The notes under the pieces were generated by a model. It was not told where the DNA came from. It ran no database searches and was given only the letters and a program-made list of their open reading frames with translations. A stretch of 64,000 bases of DNA, taken from positions 178,647 to 242,646 of the IMG/VR virus record IMGVR_UViG_3300020477_001008; one strand, written 5' to 3'. The position numbers and the translations under genes were made by a program. Shown in pieces: positions 9,962-19,345 of this stretch (position 1 is its first letter; each line of letters starts with the position of its first letter).

Positions 9962-10891
9962 ATGATGAGAAAAATAATAAGCACAGCCTTGGTTGTATTA
10001 TTTGCAGGTTTTCTTTTTTCATTAACAGCTTGTAGTGAAGCTGAAGCAGTAGAAACAAATATCTACGGTTCAATAAACTATAAAGTTAGTAATGATGAAG
10101 ACACAAACGGCAAACACAATTTAAAGGCCGAAAATAACTCATCTTATGTTGGTATAGATGCCAGCGAAGGTATAGGCGAAGGCATAACAGGTTTCGCTAA
10201 ATTAGAAGTTGGCGTTGATACTGACGACAGTAATAACAATCCTTTTGATTCAAAGTTAGCCTATGTAGGTTTAAACTTTGGTGAGATTGGATCTGTATCT
10301 GCTGGGCGACAGTCATCTCCGTTCACTGATAATGTTAGTGGAAACACAGATGTATTTGAAGTTTATGGTTCAGGTGCTGATCAAAGTTTGTTCGTAAGAG
10401 ATACAAACACGATTGCGTACTCGAACGTATTAGGCCCACTTACATTTGATGGCTTGGCCAAAATAGATGGATCTACTGGTAAAAGTGGTGTAGATGTTGG
10501 AGAAGCAACAGTTACATACAATGGCAGTACGTTCACAGTATCAGGCGGTATGTCTAATGATAATGTCAATGACATTGATTATTATGGTGTTGGACTTACA
10601 GCAGATGCTTCATCTATAGGGCTTCCAATAACTGTGGGTTATACTCACACGTTAAAAGATGCCGCAACTGATGTAACAGGCAATGAAATCATTGGATCTT
10701 ATTCTACAGGTAATACAACAATTACAGGTGGATACGGTAAAATCGAAGATTCAACAGCATTTTATACTGCCGGTGCATCATTTGGAATAACTGATTCTTT
10801 ATCTACGTATGTTGAGTATGAACATTCAGATAAAACTGGATCATCTAATGATACAGACAATTATTCCACAGGTCTTAAATTTACTTTCTAA
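9962..10891 (+). CDS. Gram-negative outer-membrane porin
   Basis: Signal peptide, IYGSINY first strand, SSYVGIDASEGIGEG, AYVGLNFG...GR, amphipathic strands, C-terminal GLKFTF with terminal Phe. Confidence 0.85.
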   Translation: MMRKIISTALVVLFAGFLFSLTACSEAEAVETNIYGSINYKVSNDEDTNGKHNLKAENNSSYVGIDASEGIGEGITGFAKLEVGVDTDDSNNNPFDSKLAYVGLNFGEIGSVSAGRQSSPFTDNVSGNTDVFEVYGSGADQSLFVRDTNTIAYSNVLGPLTFDGLAKIDGSTGKSGVDVGEATVTYNGSTFTVSGGMSNDNVNDIDYYGVGLTADASSIGLPITVGYTHTLKDAATDVTGNEIIGSYSTGNTTITGGYGKIEDSTAFYTAGASFGITDSLSTYVEYEHSDKTGSSNDTDNYSTGLKFTF

Positions 10892-10925
10892 TTTAAGGCA
10901 TTTTCAAGTTAACTTGAGATAAATT

Positions 10926-10959
10926 GGGGGAAAGTTGGACAAACTTTCCACTTTTCCCC
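10926..10959 (+). terminator. Hairpin after porin, possible intrinsic terminator
   Basis: GGAAAGTT/AACTTTCC stem, with an alternative GGGGAAAG/CTTTTCCCC pairing; T-rich tract follows. Confidence 0.4.
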
Positions 10960-10991
10960 TCTTGACTTTTTTAAATTAATGTTTATATTAG

Positions 10992-10999
10992 TATAAATA
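10992..10999 (+). promoter_or_regulatory. T4 late promoter consensus TATAAATA upstream of hsp20
   Basis: Exact TATAAATA match. Confidence 0.65.
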
Positions 11000-11003
11000 A
11001 CTT

Positions 11004-11059
11004 TGTAGATTGCTTTAGATAGGATCTACATTACATAAACTTGCTTAAAAGGAGGAGTT
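11004..11059 (+). promoter_or_regulatory. Tandem ROSE-like RNA thermometer hairpins in hsp20 5' UTR
   Basis: Two hairpins each place UUGCU opposite purine-rich AGGA/GGAG with a bulged G; the second sequesters the SD. Confidence 0.55.
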
Positions 11060-11062
11060 AAA

Positions 11063-11506
11063 ATGACAAAAAATCTATCTATTTTTAATCAATTAAGACC
11101 AATAACAATAGGGTTCGATAATATATTTGACCATTTTGAGAATATGTTTGACGGAAACGTTATGACTATTCCACAAGTAAATTATCCACCATACAATATT
11201 GTAAGAACAGGAGACAACACTTATGATATTGAGTTAGCATTAGCAGGATTCAGCAAAGAAGATATTAATGTTGAATATGAAAATAATGTACTAACAGTAA
11301 AATCAATTAAAAAGGCAGAAGAAACAGAAGAACAAGCTGATGGAGTTATCCATAGAGGTATTTCTAAAAGAATGTTTTCTAAATCTTTTACAGTTGCCGA
11401 TGAAGTTGAGGTTAAAGGTGCAGAACTTAAAGATGGTTTGCTTAAAGTTTCTTTGGAAAGAATTATTCCAGAAGCTAAAAAGCCAAGAACTATCAAAATA
11501 AAATAA
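11063..11506 (+). CDS. hsp20: Small heat-shock protein Hsp20 (IbpA-like)
   Basis: IGFDNIFDHF, NYPPYNIVR, IELALAGFSKEDI, HRGISKRMF, AELKDGLLKVSLERIIPE. Confidence 0.95.
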   Translation: MTKNLSIFNQLRPITIGFDNIFDHFENMFDGNVMTIPQVNYPPYNIVRTGDNTYDIELALAGFSKEDINVEYENNVLTVKSIKKAEETEEQADGVIHRGISKRMFSKSFTVADEVEVKGAELKDGLLKVSLERIIPEAKKPRTIKIK

Positions 11507-11521
11507 AGACTTGATTAAGGG

Positions 11522-11541
11522 TAGGGTGTTTAGGCACCCTA
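11522..11541 (+). terminator. GC-rich hairpin between hsp20 and dnaK
   Basis: TAGGGTG-TTTAGG-CACCCTA; no U-tract, so it may be a stabiliser or processing site. Confidence 0.35.
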
Positions 11542-11599
11542 TCTAAAAGGTCGTAAATTAAAAAAACGTGCTTATATATAAAGGCGTAAAGGAGAAAAG

Positions 11600-13492
11600 A
11601 TGAGTAAAATAATTGGAATAGACTTAGGTACTACAAACTCTTGCGTTTCAGTAATGGAGGGTAAAGGTGCTAAAGTAATCGAAAATGCTGAAGGAAATAG
11701 AACAACACCTTCAGTTGTATCATTTGGAGATGAAAGATTAGTAGGTACACCGGCTAAAAGACAAGCGGTAACAAATCCAACTAATACAATTTTTGCAACC
11801 AAAAGATTAATTGGAAGAAAGTTTGATGGAGATTCTGTACAAAAAGATATACAGACATCACCATTTAAAATAGTAAAAGCAGATAACGGAGATGCTTGGG
11901 TAGAAAGTAATGGTGAAAAATACTCACCAAGTCAAATCTCAGCTTTCGTTTTACAAAAAATGAAAGAGACTGCTGAAAAGTATTTGGGACAAGAAGTAAC
12001 TAAAGCAGTTATTACCGTTCCTGCATACTTTAATGATTCACAAAGACAAGCAACTAAAGACGCAGGTAAAATTGCAGGACTTGATGTTGAACGTATAGTA
12101 AATGAACCAACAGCGGCGGCACTTGCTTATGGGCTTGATAAAAAGAAATCAGGTACAGTAGCAGTATACGATTTAGGTGGTGGTACATTTGATATTTCTA
12201 TATTAGAAATTGGCGATGGAGTATTTGAAGTTAAATCAACAAATGGTGATACATCATTAGGTGGTGAAGACTTTGATAATGTTTTAGTCAACTATATTGT
12301 TAGTGAATTTAAAAAAGATTCAGGTGTAGATTTAAAAAATGATAATCTTGCACTTCAACGTGTAAGAGAAGCGGCGGAAAAAGCAAAATGTGAATTATCA
12401 TCTGCAACACAAACAGATATTAGTTTACCATTTATTACCGCTGATAAATCTGGACCAAAACATTTAAATCTTAAACTTACAAGAGCTAAATTTGAAGCAC
12501 TTGTTGATAGTTTAATTGATAAAACACTAGAACCTTGTAAGACTGCCTTAAAAGATGCAGAACTTTCAGCAGGAGATATTAATGAAGTAATACTTGTTGG
12601 TGGTATGACAAGAATGCCAAAAGTTGAACAAGCAGTTAAAAACTTCTTTGGAAAAGATCCACATAAAGGAGTTAATCCAGATGAGGTAGTGGCAATTGGT
12701 GCCGCGATACAAGCCGGTGTGCTTCAAGGAGATGTAAAAGATGTATTGTTGTTAGACGTTACACCTTTATCACTTGGTATTGAAACATTAGGTAGTGTAT
12801 GTACAAAACTGATTGAAAAGAATACAACTATTCCTACAAGAAAAAGCCAAGTATTCTCTACAGCAGAAGATAGCCAACCTGCTGTTTCAATAAGAGTACT
12901 ACAAGGTGAAAGAGAAATGGCCGCTGATAATAAGTTATTAGGTAACTTTGAATTAGTTGGTATTGCACCTGCTCCAAGAGGAGTTCCACAAATCGAAGTA
13001 ACATTTGATATTGATGCAAATGGTATTGTAAATGTATCTGCTAAAGATAAAGGTACAGGCAAAGAACAAAAAATACAAATACAAGCATCAGGTGGATTGT
13101 CAGATGATGAAATTGACAAAATGGTTAAAGACGCAGAAGCAAATAAAGATGCTGATAAAAAGAAAAGAGAAGAAGTAGATACTAAAAACCAAGGAGATAC
13201 TTTAGTTCACTCTGTTGAAAAACAGTTAAAAGAACACGGAGACAAGTTATCTGCTGAAGATAAAAGTAAACTTGAAGAAGATGTTAATGCATTAAAAGAA
13301 GCATTAAAGTCTGACAATAGTGATGCTATTAAAGATAAAGTAAAATCTTTAACAGAGTCAGCAATGAAACTTGGTGAAGCAGTATACAAATCACAACAAT
13401 CAGAACAACCACAGCAAGAACAAAAAACAAAAGACGATAATGTAGTTGATGCTGATTTCGAAGAAGTCAATAAAAAAGACAGCAAACAGTAA
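11600..13492 (+). CDS. dnaK: Molecular chaperone DnaK (Hsp70)
   Basis: [76 protein letters not shown]. Confidence 0.99.
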   Translation: MSKIIGIDLGTTNSCVSVMEGKGAKVIENAEGNRTTPSVVSFGDERLVGTPAKRQAVTNPTNTIFATKRLIGRKFDGDSVQKDIQTSPFKIVKADNGDAWVESNGEKYSPSQISAFVLQKMKETAEKYLGQEVTKAVITVPAYFNDSQRQATKDAGKIAGLDVERIVNEPTAAALAYGLDKKKSGTVAVYDLGGGTFDISILEIGDGVFEVKSTNGDTSLGGEDFDNVLVNYIVSEFKKDSGVDLKNDNLALQRVREAAEKAKCELSSATQTDISLPFITADKSGPKHLNLKLTRAKFEALVDSLIDKTLEPCKTALKDAELSAGDINEVILVGGMTRMPKVEQAVKNFFGKDPHKGVNPDEVVAIGAAIQAGVLQGDVKDVLLLDVTPLSLGIETLGSVCTKLIEKNTTIPTRKSQVFSTAEDSQPAVSIRVLQGEREMAADNKLLGNFELVGIAPAPRGVPQIEVTFDIDANGIVNVSAKDKGTGKEQKIQIQASGGLSDDEIDKMVKDAEANKDADKKKREEVDTKNQGDTLVHSVEKQLKEHGDKLSAEDKSKLEEDVNALKEALKSDNSDAIKDKVKSLTESAMKLGEAVYKSQQSEQPQQEQKTKDDNVVDADFEEVNKKDSKQ

Positions 13493-13496
13493 AGTT

Positions 13497-13520
13497 ATTT
13501 CCCCCTTAATTGGGGGAAAT
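13497..13520 (+). terminator. Hairpin after dnaK
   Basis: ATTTCCCCC-TTAATT-GGGGGAAAT perfect 9-bp stem. Confidence 0.6.
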
Positions 13521-13539
13521 TCTAGATAAGTACTACTAT

Positions 13540-13704
13540 ATGAAATTTATGGTATTACTATTTTTTGTGTTAGTAGTTGGTTGTGCAAACAACAAAGTAA
13601 GAATTAACGAATCATACCAAATGGAAAAGCCATATACCTACCCTGAAGAAAGGAATGTATTACAGGCAGTTCCAATTATTCCTGTACACATTGAAAGATT
13701 ATGA
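13540..13704 (+). CDS. Small putative lipoprotein
   Basis: MKFMVLLFFVLVVGC lipobox-like signal; start moved from 13510, which lies inside the hairpin. Confidence 0.5.
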   Translation: MKFMVLLFFVLVVGCANNKVRINESYQMEKPYTYPEERNVLQAVPIIPVHIERL

Positions 13705-14033
13705 TTAAGATTATTATTTTAGCATATATGATGAATACAAACCCAATGGCAACAGCAGAAGAATTCCAAATGGGTAAAACATTTGAAACAATGGAAGCTT
13801 GTAAAAGAGAATTAACTTTGCAATCAAGAGGTATACCTCAAGTTTATGATGTCACTTGGGACTTTGTAGTTCAAGGTGATTTTAAATGGGATTGGGTAAT
13901 TGCGGCCTGTGTAGATGAATCAACCGGAGAAAAATTTAAAGTATTTCCTGCGTATGATAACGGTGTACCAGAAGGCATTGACGAACTTCTTAAAGCAACT
14001 GAAGAAGGATATGTACCAGGATTAGATGCATAA
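13701..14033 (+). CDS. Hypothetical protein
   Basis: Coupled 110 aa ORF. Confidence 0.65.
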   Translation: MIKIIILAYMMNTNPMATAEEFQMGKTFETMEACKRELTLQSRGIPQVYDVTWDFVVQGDFKWDWVIAACVDESTGEKFKVFPAYDNGVPEGIDELLKATEEGYVPGLDA

Positions 14034-14097
14034 TTAAACCTGTAACATACTTTTTTCGTTGCATTAGTTAAAATAACACTTTATACTAAATATTATT

Positions 14098-14700
14098 ATG
14101 AATAGATCCATTTTTTCAAAATACAATATATTTCTAGAGTGGTGGTGGTTTTTCTGCTCACTTATCTTAATTTTCTTTGTACTAGGAACAGTTAACTTAT
14201 ACGAAATAGTATGGAATGCTGACCAAACTAAAATATCTTATATTATTTTAGCATTGTTTGGTGCAGTATCAGTATTTTGTGGACGCGAAGCTTGGAAACT
14301 CTCTAAACTTAAAAGAGATAACTTAGATGCTGAAGTGTCTCTTAAAACAAAATATGAGACTGGTTGGTTTGCAAGTGAGATATGTTTAACATTAGGTTTG
14401 ATTGGAACGGTAAGTGGATTTATCTTAATGTTATATGGAGCATTCTCTGATTTGAACATTTCAGATCCTCATAGTGTTCAAGAAAGTTTAGGTAAAATGA
14501 GTGTAGGGATGAGTACAGCTCTATACACGACATTAGTTGGTTTGATATGTAGTGTATTATTGAAATTACAATTTTTTAGATTAGAAATGCATTTAGACAC
14601 TTACATAAAACATAGAGCAGTTGTATACAAAGCTAGGCTTATGGAAGAAGCACAAAAACTTACGGACCAAACTAATGAATCGAGATCGTTACAAGACTAG
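14098..14700 (+). CDS. MotA/TolQ/ExbB proton-channel family protein
   Basis: Four TM segments; LGLIGTVSGFI and GMSTALYTTLVGL motifs; preceded by CTAAATA box. Confidence 0.8.
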   Translation: MNRSIFSKYNIFLEWWWFFCSLILIFFVLGTVNLYEIVWNADQTKISYIILALFGAVSVFCGREAWKLSKLKRDNLDAEVSLKTKYETGWFASEICLTLGLIGTVSGFILMLYGAFSDLNISDPHSVQESLGKMSVGMSTALYTTLVGLICSVLLKLQFFRLEMHLDTYIKHRAVVYKARLMEEAQKLTDQTNESRSLQD

Positions 14701-15313
14701 TATAGCATTTATTGATTTGCTTTTTAACATAACCATTGGACTGGCTATGTTGTTTATCATTGCATTTCTTTTAATAAATCCAATTGCTAAAAAAGGTGAT
14801 ATCATTGTTAATGCAGAATTTATTATTACTATGTCTTGGCCAAAAGAAAGTAAAGACGATATTGATTTATATGTAATGGATCCAGCTGGAAATATAGTTT
14901 ATTTTAGAGATAAAGATAATGGTTTGATGCACTTAGATAGAGATGATTTAGGTGATAAAAATGATCAGATATCTACTGATGCAGGAATTATTAGTTTTGA
15001 TTTAAATGAAGAACACTTAACAATAAGAGGAATAGTGCCTGGCGAATATATTGTAAATGCACATTGGTATTCAAAAGCAACGTATTCATTTAAAACACAA
15101 GAAGGTAATAAGTATGAACCAAGTGATACGATTCCAGTAACTATTAAGGTAGAAAAATTAAATCCTTATTCTGTAGTTTATGTTGATACTAGAGTATTTT
15201 CTAAAGCTGGTGAAGAACAAACATTTCTTAGATTTTATGTAGATGCAAAAGGTAATGTAACAAAGAAAAACAATTTAGCTAAAGCTTTAGTTATGGGAGG
15301 CGATAGTAATTAA
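14675..15313 (+). CDS. ExbD/MotB-like single-pass partner with periplasmic beta domain
   Basis: AFIDLLFN (Asp in TM) then ITMSWP..DDIDLYV..P.G..VYF...LDRDD; start at ATG 14675. Confidence 0.6.
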   Translation: MNRDRYKTSIAFIDLLFNITIGLAMLFIIAFLLINPIAKKGDIIVNAEFIITMSWPKESKDDIDLYVMDPAGNIVYFRDKDNGLMHLDRDDLGDKNDQISTDAGIISFDLNEEHLTIRGIVPGEYIVNAHWYSKATYSFKTQEGNKYEPSDTIPVTIKVEKLNPYSVVYVDTRVFSKAGEEQTFLRFYVDAKGNVTKKNNLAKALVMGGDSN

Positions 15314-15838
15314 ATGGATATAATCACAGGACATATAGCAGTTATAATCAGTATAGCAATTTTAATTAGTTTTGTTATATTAGCAATCGTTAAAAGACCT
15401 AAAGTAAAACTTTTTGTTAAGATTGCATCTACTACAATGGCAGTTGGAACTGTTATTGCTTTATATTTTGCTTTAGAAACTATGTATGGATGGCCTTGGA
15501 AAACCACTTTCCCAACTGGAAAATATACATATATCAGTCATACCGTTAGTGCAGATGAAGAGGAAATTTACATATGGCTAATTGATAGGAATAAAACTAG
15601 TGACTATGCTTTTTGGCAAAAATGGTTAATTAATGATAGACAACCAAGGAACATTAGTGTATTATATGATGATATGTTACACGAACAGCTACAAAAAATT
15701 CAAGAAATGGCGGCTGGACAACCATATCCGGTTGAACTAAAATCTATGAAATTAAAAGATGTAAAAGAAGGTGAAATAAATCGTTCGGATGAAACTTTAA
15801 ATTATATCTTACCAGATGTCAACATACAGGCAAAATAA
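15314..15838 (+). CDS. Two-TM membrane protein, third gene of the Mot/Exb-like triad
   Basis: Two N-terminal hydrophobic helices, then GWPW and a soluble domain; tightly coupled. Confidence 0.6.
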   Translation: MDIITGHIAVIISIAILISFVILAIVKRPKVKLFVKIASTTMAVGTVIALYFALETMYGWPWKTTFPTGKYTYISHTVSADEEEIYIWLIDRNKTSDYAFWQKWLINDRQPRNISVLYDDMLHEQLQKIQEMAAGQPYPVELKSMKLKDVKEGEINRSDETLNYILPDVNIQAK

Positions 15839-16140
15839 TGACTGAAGAAAAATCAAATCAGCAAGTACAAACAGATGTAGAAATAAAAGAACCAAGTAGA
15901 TATAATGTTCTGTTTATGAATGATGATTATACACCAATTGATTTTGTTCAACAATTATTAACAGATATATTTTATCATAAGCCTGATGATGCATCAGAAT
16001 TAGCAAAATTAATTCACGAAAAAGGTAAAGCAATTGTAGGAACATATACATATGAGGTTGCTGAACAAAAATCAATAGAATCAACAACGATGGCTAGATC
16101 CGCTGGACATCCTTTACAAGTAACAATAGAACAAGAATAA
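15838..16140 (+). CDS. clpS: N-end-rule adaptor ClpS
   Basis: YNVLFMNDDYTPIDFV, IHEKGKAIVGTYTYEVAEQK, HPLQVTIE. Confidence 0.92.
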   Translation: MTEEKSNQQVQTDVEIKEPSRYNVLFMNDDYTPIDFVQQLLTDIFYHKPDDASELAKLIHEKGKAIVGTYTYEVAEQKSIESTTMARSAGHPLQVTIEQE

Positions 16141-17108
16141 TGTTTAGATTTTTTACCGCTAGAAAATGGCTATTATGGGCCTGGTTAGGTTCTGCTATTA
16201 TTTTAGGATCACTTTGGGTACAAGTAGAAATTGATGTTAAAATAAATGAATGGTTTGGTGTGTTTTATGATATGATTCAAAAAGCACTTGCAACACCGAA
16301 TGCAATTACAATAGAAGAATACTTTGGAAGTTTATTATCGTTTATAACACTTGCAGGAATATATGTTGGTGTTTATGTTTTAATAAGTTATTTTACAGCA
16401 CACTTTCTTTTTAGATGGCGTACAGCAATGGTAGAATGGTACCATAGTGTTTACGATAAAGCTCGTAAAATTGAAGGTGCGGCACAACGGGTTCAAGAAG
16501 ATACAATTAAATTTAGTCGTATTATGGAAGGACTTGGTACAAGTCTAATTGAAGCTATAATGATTTTAATTCAATTTATTCCAATCTTATTTGGTTTAAG
16601 TATTGGTATACCAATTTTCTTTTTTGGTGATTGGGAATATGGATTAATAGTTGGTGCATTAGTTTGGACAATTGGTGGTACTGTATTCTTGATTGGATTA
16701 GGATGGTTATTACGACTAGTTGGTGTAGAATATGATATACAAAAGAAAGAGGCCGCATATAGAAAAATACTTGTAATAGCAGAAGACGATAATACTGTAA
16801 GACCAAAAACAATTAATGAGTTGTTTGATGATGTCCGACAAATTCACTTTTTAAGTTATCTACGTTATCTATATTTTAATATTGGGCGAATGGCATACTT
16901 ACAAGCCAATGTTTTATCAGCCTATGTATTTTTAGCACCAGCCATAGTTGCTGGAGTAATGACACTTGGAGTTATGCAACAAATTATAAGAGCATTTGGA
17001 AGAGTTGAAGGTTCTATGCAATATTTGTTAAAAGCTTGGCCAACAATCATTGAATTAATGAGTGTTTATAGAAGATTACGAGAATTCGAAGCTAAATTAC
17101 CAAAATAA
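16140..17108 (+). CDS. sbmA: SbmA/BacA peptide transporter
   Basis: INEWFGVFYDMIQKAL, FRWRTAM, IEGAAQRVQEDT, EYDIQKKEAAYRKILV, FGRVEGSMQYL, SVYRRLREFE. Confidence 0.85.
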   Translation: MFRFFTARKWLLWAWLGSAIILGSLWVQVEIDVKINEWFGVFYDMIQKALATPNAITIEEYFGSLLSFITLAGIYVGVYVLISYFTAHFLFRWRTAMVEWYHSVYDKARKIEGAAQRVQEDTIKFSRIMEGLGTSLIEAIMILIQFIPILFGLSIGIPIFFFGDWEYGLIVGALVWTIGGTVFLIGLGWLLRLVGVEYDIQKKEAAYRKILVIAEDDNTVRPKTINELFDDVRQIHFLSYLRYLYFNIGRMAYLQANVLSAYVFLAPAIVAGVMTLGVMQQIIRAFGRVEGSMQYLLKAWPTIIELMSVYRRLREFEAKLPK

Positions 17109-17114
17109 TCATAC

Positions 17115-17143
17115 TTTACAAATAGTAAATATTGTAGTACAAT
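17115..17143 (+). promoter_or_regulatory. Sigma70-type promoter
   Basis: TTTACA-N17-TACAAT upstream of the Nfu gene. Confidence 0.6.
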
Positions 17144-17165
17144 AATTAAAAAATAGGAATGAATA

Positions 17166-17726
17166 ATGTTTATACAAACTGAAGCAACACCAAACCCAAA
17201 TGCTTTAATTTTTCAACCAGGTTGTGAAATTATGGGATCAAAGCCTTATAAATCTTATAACAGAAATAATCCTGTTGATGATTCACCATTAGCAGAAATT
17301 TTGTTTAATATTGATGGTATTGAAGATATAATGTTTGGAAAAGACTTTATAACAATAAGCAAAAAAGCTTCAATAGAGTGGGCAGTTTTAAAAGCACCAA
17401 TATTGCATAGTTTAAATGATTACTTGAGCAATAATAATCCAGTTGTAATAAATGATAATCCATCTCCGGCTTGTGAAGATATTAATGAAGATGATAATGA
17501 TGAAGTTATAGAACGAATTAAACAATTATTAGAAACAAAAGTTAGACCAGCAGTTGCAAAAGACGGTGGAGATATTATATTTCACAAATATGAAAAAGGA
17601 GTTGTCTATCTTGAAATGTTTGGTGCTTGTTCTGGTTGCCCAAGTTCAGAGTATACTTTAAAAATGGGTATTGAAAGTATGTTGAAACATTATATACCAG
17701 AAGTAAAAAGGGTTGATGCAATATGA
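17166..17726 (+). CDS. Nfu/NifU-like Fe-S carrier (alphaproteobacterial type)
   Basis: MFIQTEATPNPNALIF, SPLAEILF, VRPAVAKDGGDI, GACSGCPSS, GIESMLKHYIPEV. Confidence 0.9.
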   Translation: MFIQTEATPNPNALIFQPGCEIMGSKPYKSYNRNNPVDDSPLAEILFNIDGIEDIMFGKDFITISKKASIEWAVLKAPILHSLNDYLSNNNPVVINDNPSPACEDINEDDNDEVIERIKQLLETKVRPAVAKDGGDIIFHKYEKGVVYLEMFGACSGCPSSEYTLKMGIESMLKHYIPEVKRVDAI

Positions 17727-18028
17727 GTGATAAAGTAAAAGAAGAAATTATTAAAAATTTAAGAACAGTATTTGATCCAGAAATTTCTATTAACATTTAT
17801 GACCTTGGATTAATTTATAATATTGATATGAGTGAGTTACCTAAAGTAACAATTACTCATACATTAACATCAGTATTTTGCCCAGCCGCGGATCAAATTA
17901 TTGAAGATATCCAAATGGCAACTGAATCAGTAGCAGAAGTGGACCAATGTATGATTATTACTACATTTGATCCACCTTTTGGTCCAGAAATGATGAGTGA
18001 AGAAGCAAGATTAATATTAAACATTTGA
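17723..18028 (+). CDS. SufT / DUF59 Fe-S maturation protein
   Basis: LRTVFDPEISINIYDLGLIY, TLTSVFCP, FDPPF..EMMSEEARL. Confidence 0.85.
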   Translation: MSDKVKEEIIKNLRTVFDPEISINIYDLGLIYNIDMSELPKVTITHTLTSVFCPAADQIIEDIQMATESVAEVDQCMIITTFDPPFGPEMMSEEARLILNI

Positions 18029-18053
18029 CAAATTTAGGAAAGGGTAGTATTAT
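18025..18053 (+). promoter_or_regulatory. Sigma70-type promoter, 6 nt before clpP ATG (leaderless)
   Basis: TTGACA-N17-TATTAT-N6-ATG. Confidence 0.7.
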
Positions 18054-18059
18054 ATACAT

Positions 18060-18647
18060 ATGAGTAATTTAATTCCAATAGTAGTAGATCAAACTTCAAG
18101 AGGTGAAAGAAGTTATGACATCTACTCAAGACTTTTAAAAGAACGAATTGTATTTGTAACAGGTCCAATTGACGATTCAGTTTCAAGTGTAGTTTGTGCC
18201 CAATTATTATTTTTAGAATCACAAGATCCTAAAAAAGATATCTTTATGTACATTAATTCTCCAGGAGGTATTGTAACTTCTGGTTTAGCTATGTACGACA
18301 CAATGCAGTATGTAAAACCAGATATTTCAACTGTATGTATTGGACAGGCCGCTAGTGCTGGATCATTATTATTAATGGCAGGTACAAAAGGCAAAAGAAT
18401 TGCATTACCTCATAGTAAAGTAATGATACACCAACCATCAGGTGGATTTAGAGGACAAGCAACAGATATAGAGATTCACGCAAAAGATATATTAGATACT
18501 AAAGCAAGATTGAATCAACTATACGTTAAGCATACAGGGAAGGATCTTAAAACAATTGAACAAGCTATGGAAAGAGATAATTTTATGACAGCTCAACAAG
18601 CCATAGATTTTGGATTAATTGATAAGATAGAAGAAACCCGTGCTTAA
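18060..18647 (+). CDS. clpP: ATP-dependent Clp protease proteolytic subunit
   Basis: [51 protein letters not shown]. Confidence 0.98.
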   Translation: MSNLIPIVVDQTSRGERSYDIYSRLLKERIVFVTGPIDDSVSSVVCAQLLFLESQDPKKDIFMYINSPGGIVTSGLAMYDTMQYVKPDISTVCIGQAASAGSLLLMAGTKGKRIALPHSKVMIHQPSGGFRGQATDIEIHAKDILDTKARLNQLYVKHTGKDLKTIEQAMERDNFMTAQQAIDFGLIDKIEETRA

Positions 18648-19345
18648 TGTCATACGATATATTCCATTTAAGTTATAAAGAGCTATACGCAGACGAAACA
18701 TTTAAAAACTTAAAAGAAAAGTTTCCTTGGGCTAGACGAGTACAAGGTGTGAAAGGTATTTTTAATGCTCACAAAAAATGTGCCGAACAAGCCTATACAC
18801 AGATGTTTTATGTTATAGATGCTGATGCTGATTTAGATGATAATTTTGATTTAACTTATAAGCCAAACAAATGGGATTTAGATAAAATTCACGTATGGCG
18901 TTGTCGTAATCCAATTAATGATTTAATATATGGTTATGGTGGCGTTAAGTTATTCCCAACTTATACTTTACGTGATGCTACAGATTGGAAAATTGACTTT
19001 ACTAGTTCTGTAGGTGGTGCAAAAAAGTTTAAACCTATGCCGCCTGTTAGTAATACTACTAGATTCAATACTGATCCTTTTAACACTTGGAAGTCAGCAT
19101 TTAGAGAGTGTACAAAATTATCAAGTAAAATTATTGAAGAACAAAAAGATGATGAAACCAATGCACGATTAGATGTTTGGTGTACAAAAGGTGCTAATGA
19201 ACAGTTTGGAAATTATGCTATTGCAGGAGCAAAAGCAGGACGCCAATGGGGATTAGATAACAAAGATGATTTAGAAAAATTAAATTTAATAAATGACTTT
19301 GATTGGTTAAAGGAAAAATTTGATGAAGATACACGAAATACTTGA
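18647..19345 (+). CDS. GT-A-fold glycosyltransferase-like protein
   Basis: Ala-His-rich stretch (AHKKCA) followed by VIDADA DxD motif, as in GT2-like enzymes. Confidence 0.5.
   Translation: MSYDIFHLSYKELYADETFKNLKEKFPWARRVQGVKGIFNAHKKCAEQAYTQMFYVIDADADLDDNFDLTYKPNKWDLDKIHVWRCRNPINDLIYGYGGVKLFPTYTLRDATDWKIDFTSSVGGAKKFKPMPPVSNTTRFNTDPFNTWKSAFRECTKLSSKIIEEQKDDETNARLDVWCTKGANEQFGNYAIAGAKAGRQWGLDNKDDLEKLNLINDFDWLKEKFDEDTRNT

Noticed and set aside
13510-13539. ORF-track start at 13510
   Set aside because: It lies inside the post-dnaK hairpin; ATG 13540 gives a clean lipoprotein signal.
14098-15838. Zorya defence system
   Set aside because: The partner lacks an OmpA-like peptidoglycan-binding domain, the A subunit has no long tail, and no ZorC/D/E genes are nearby.
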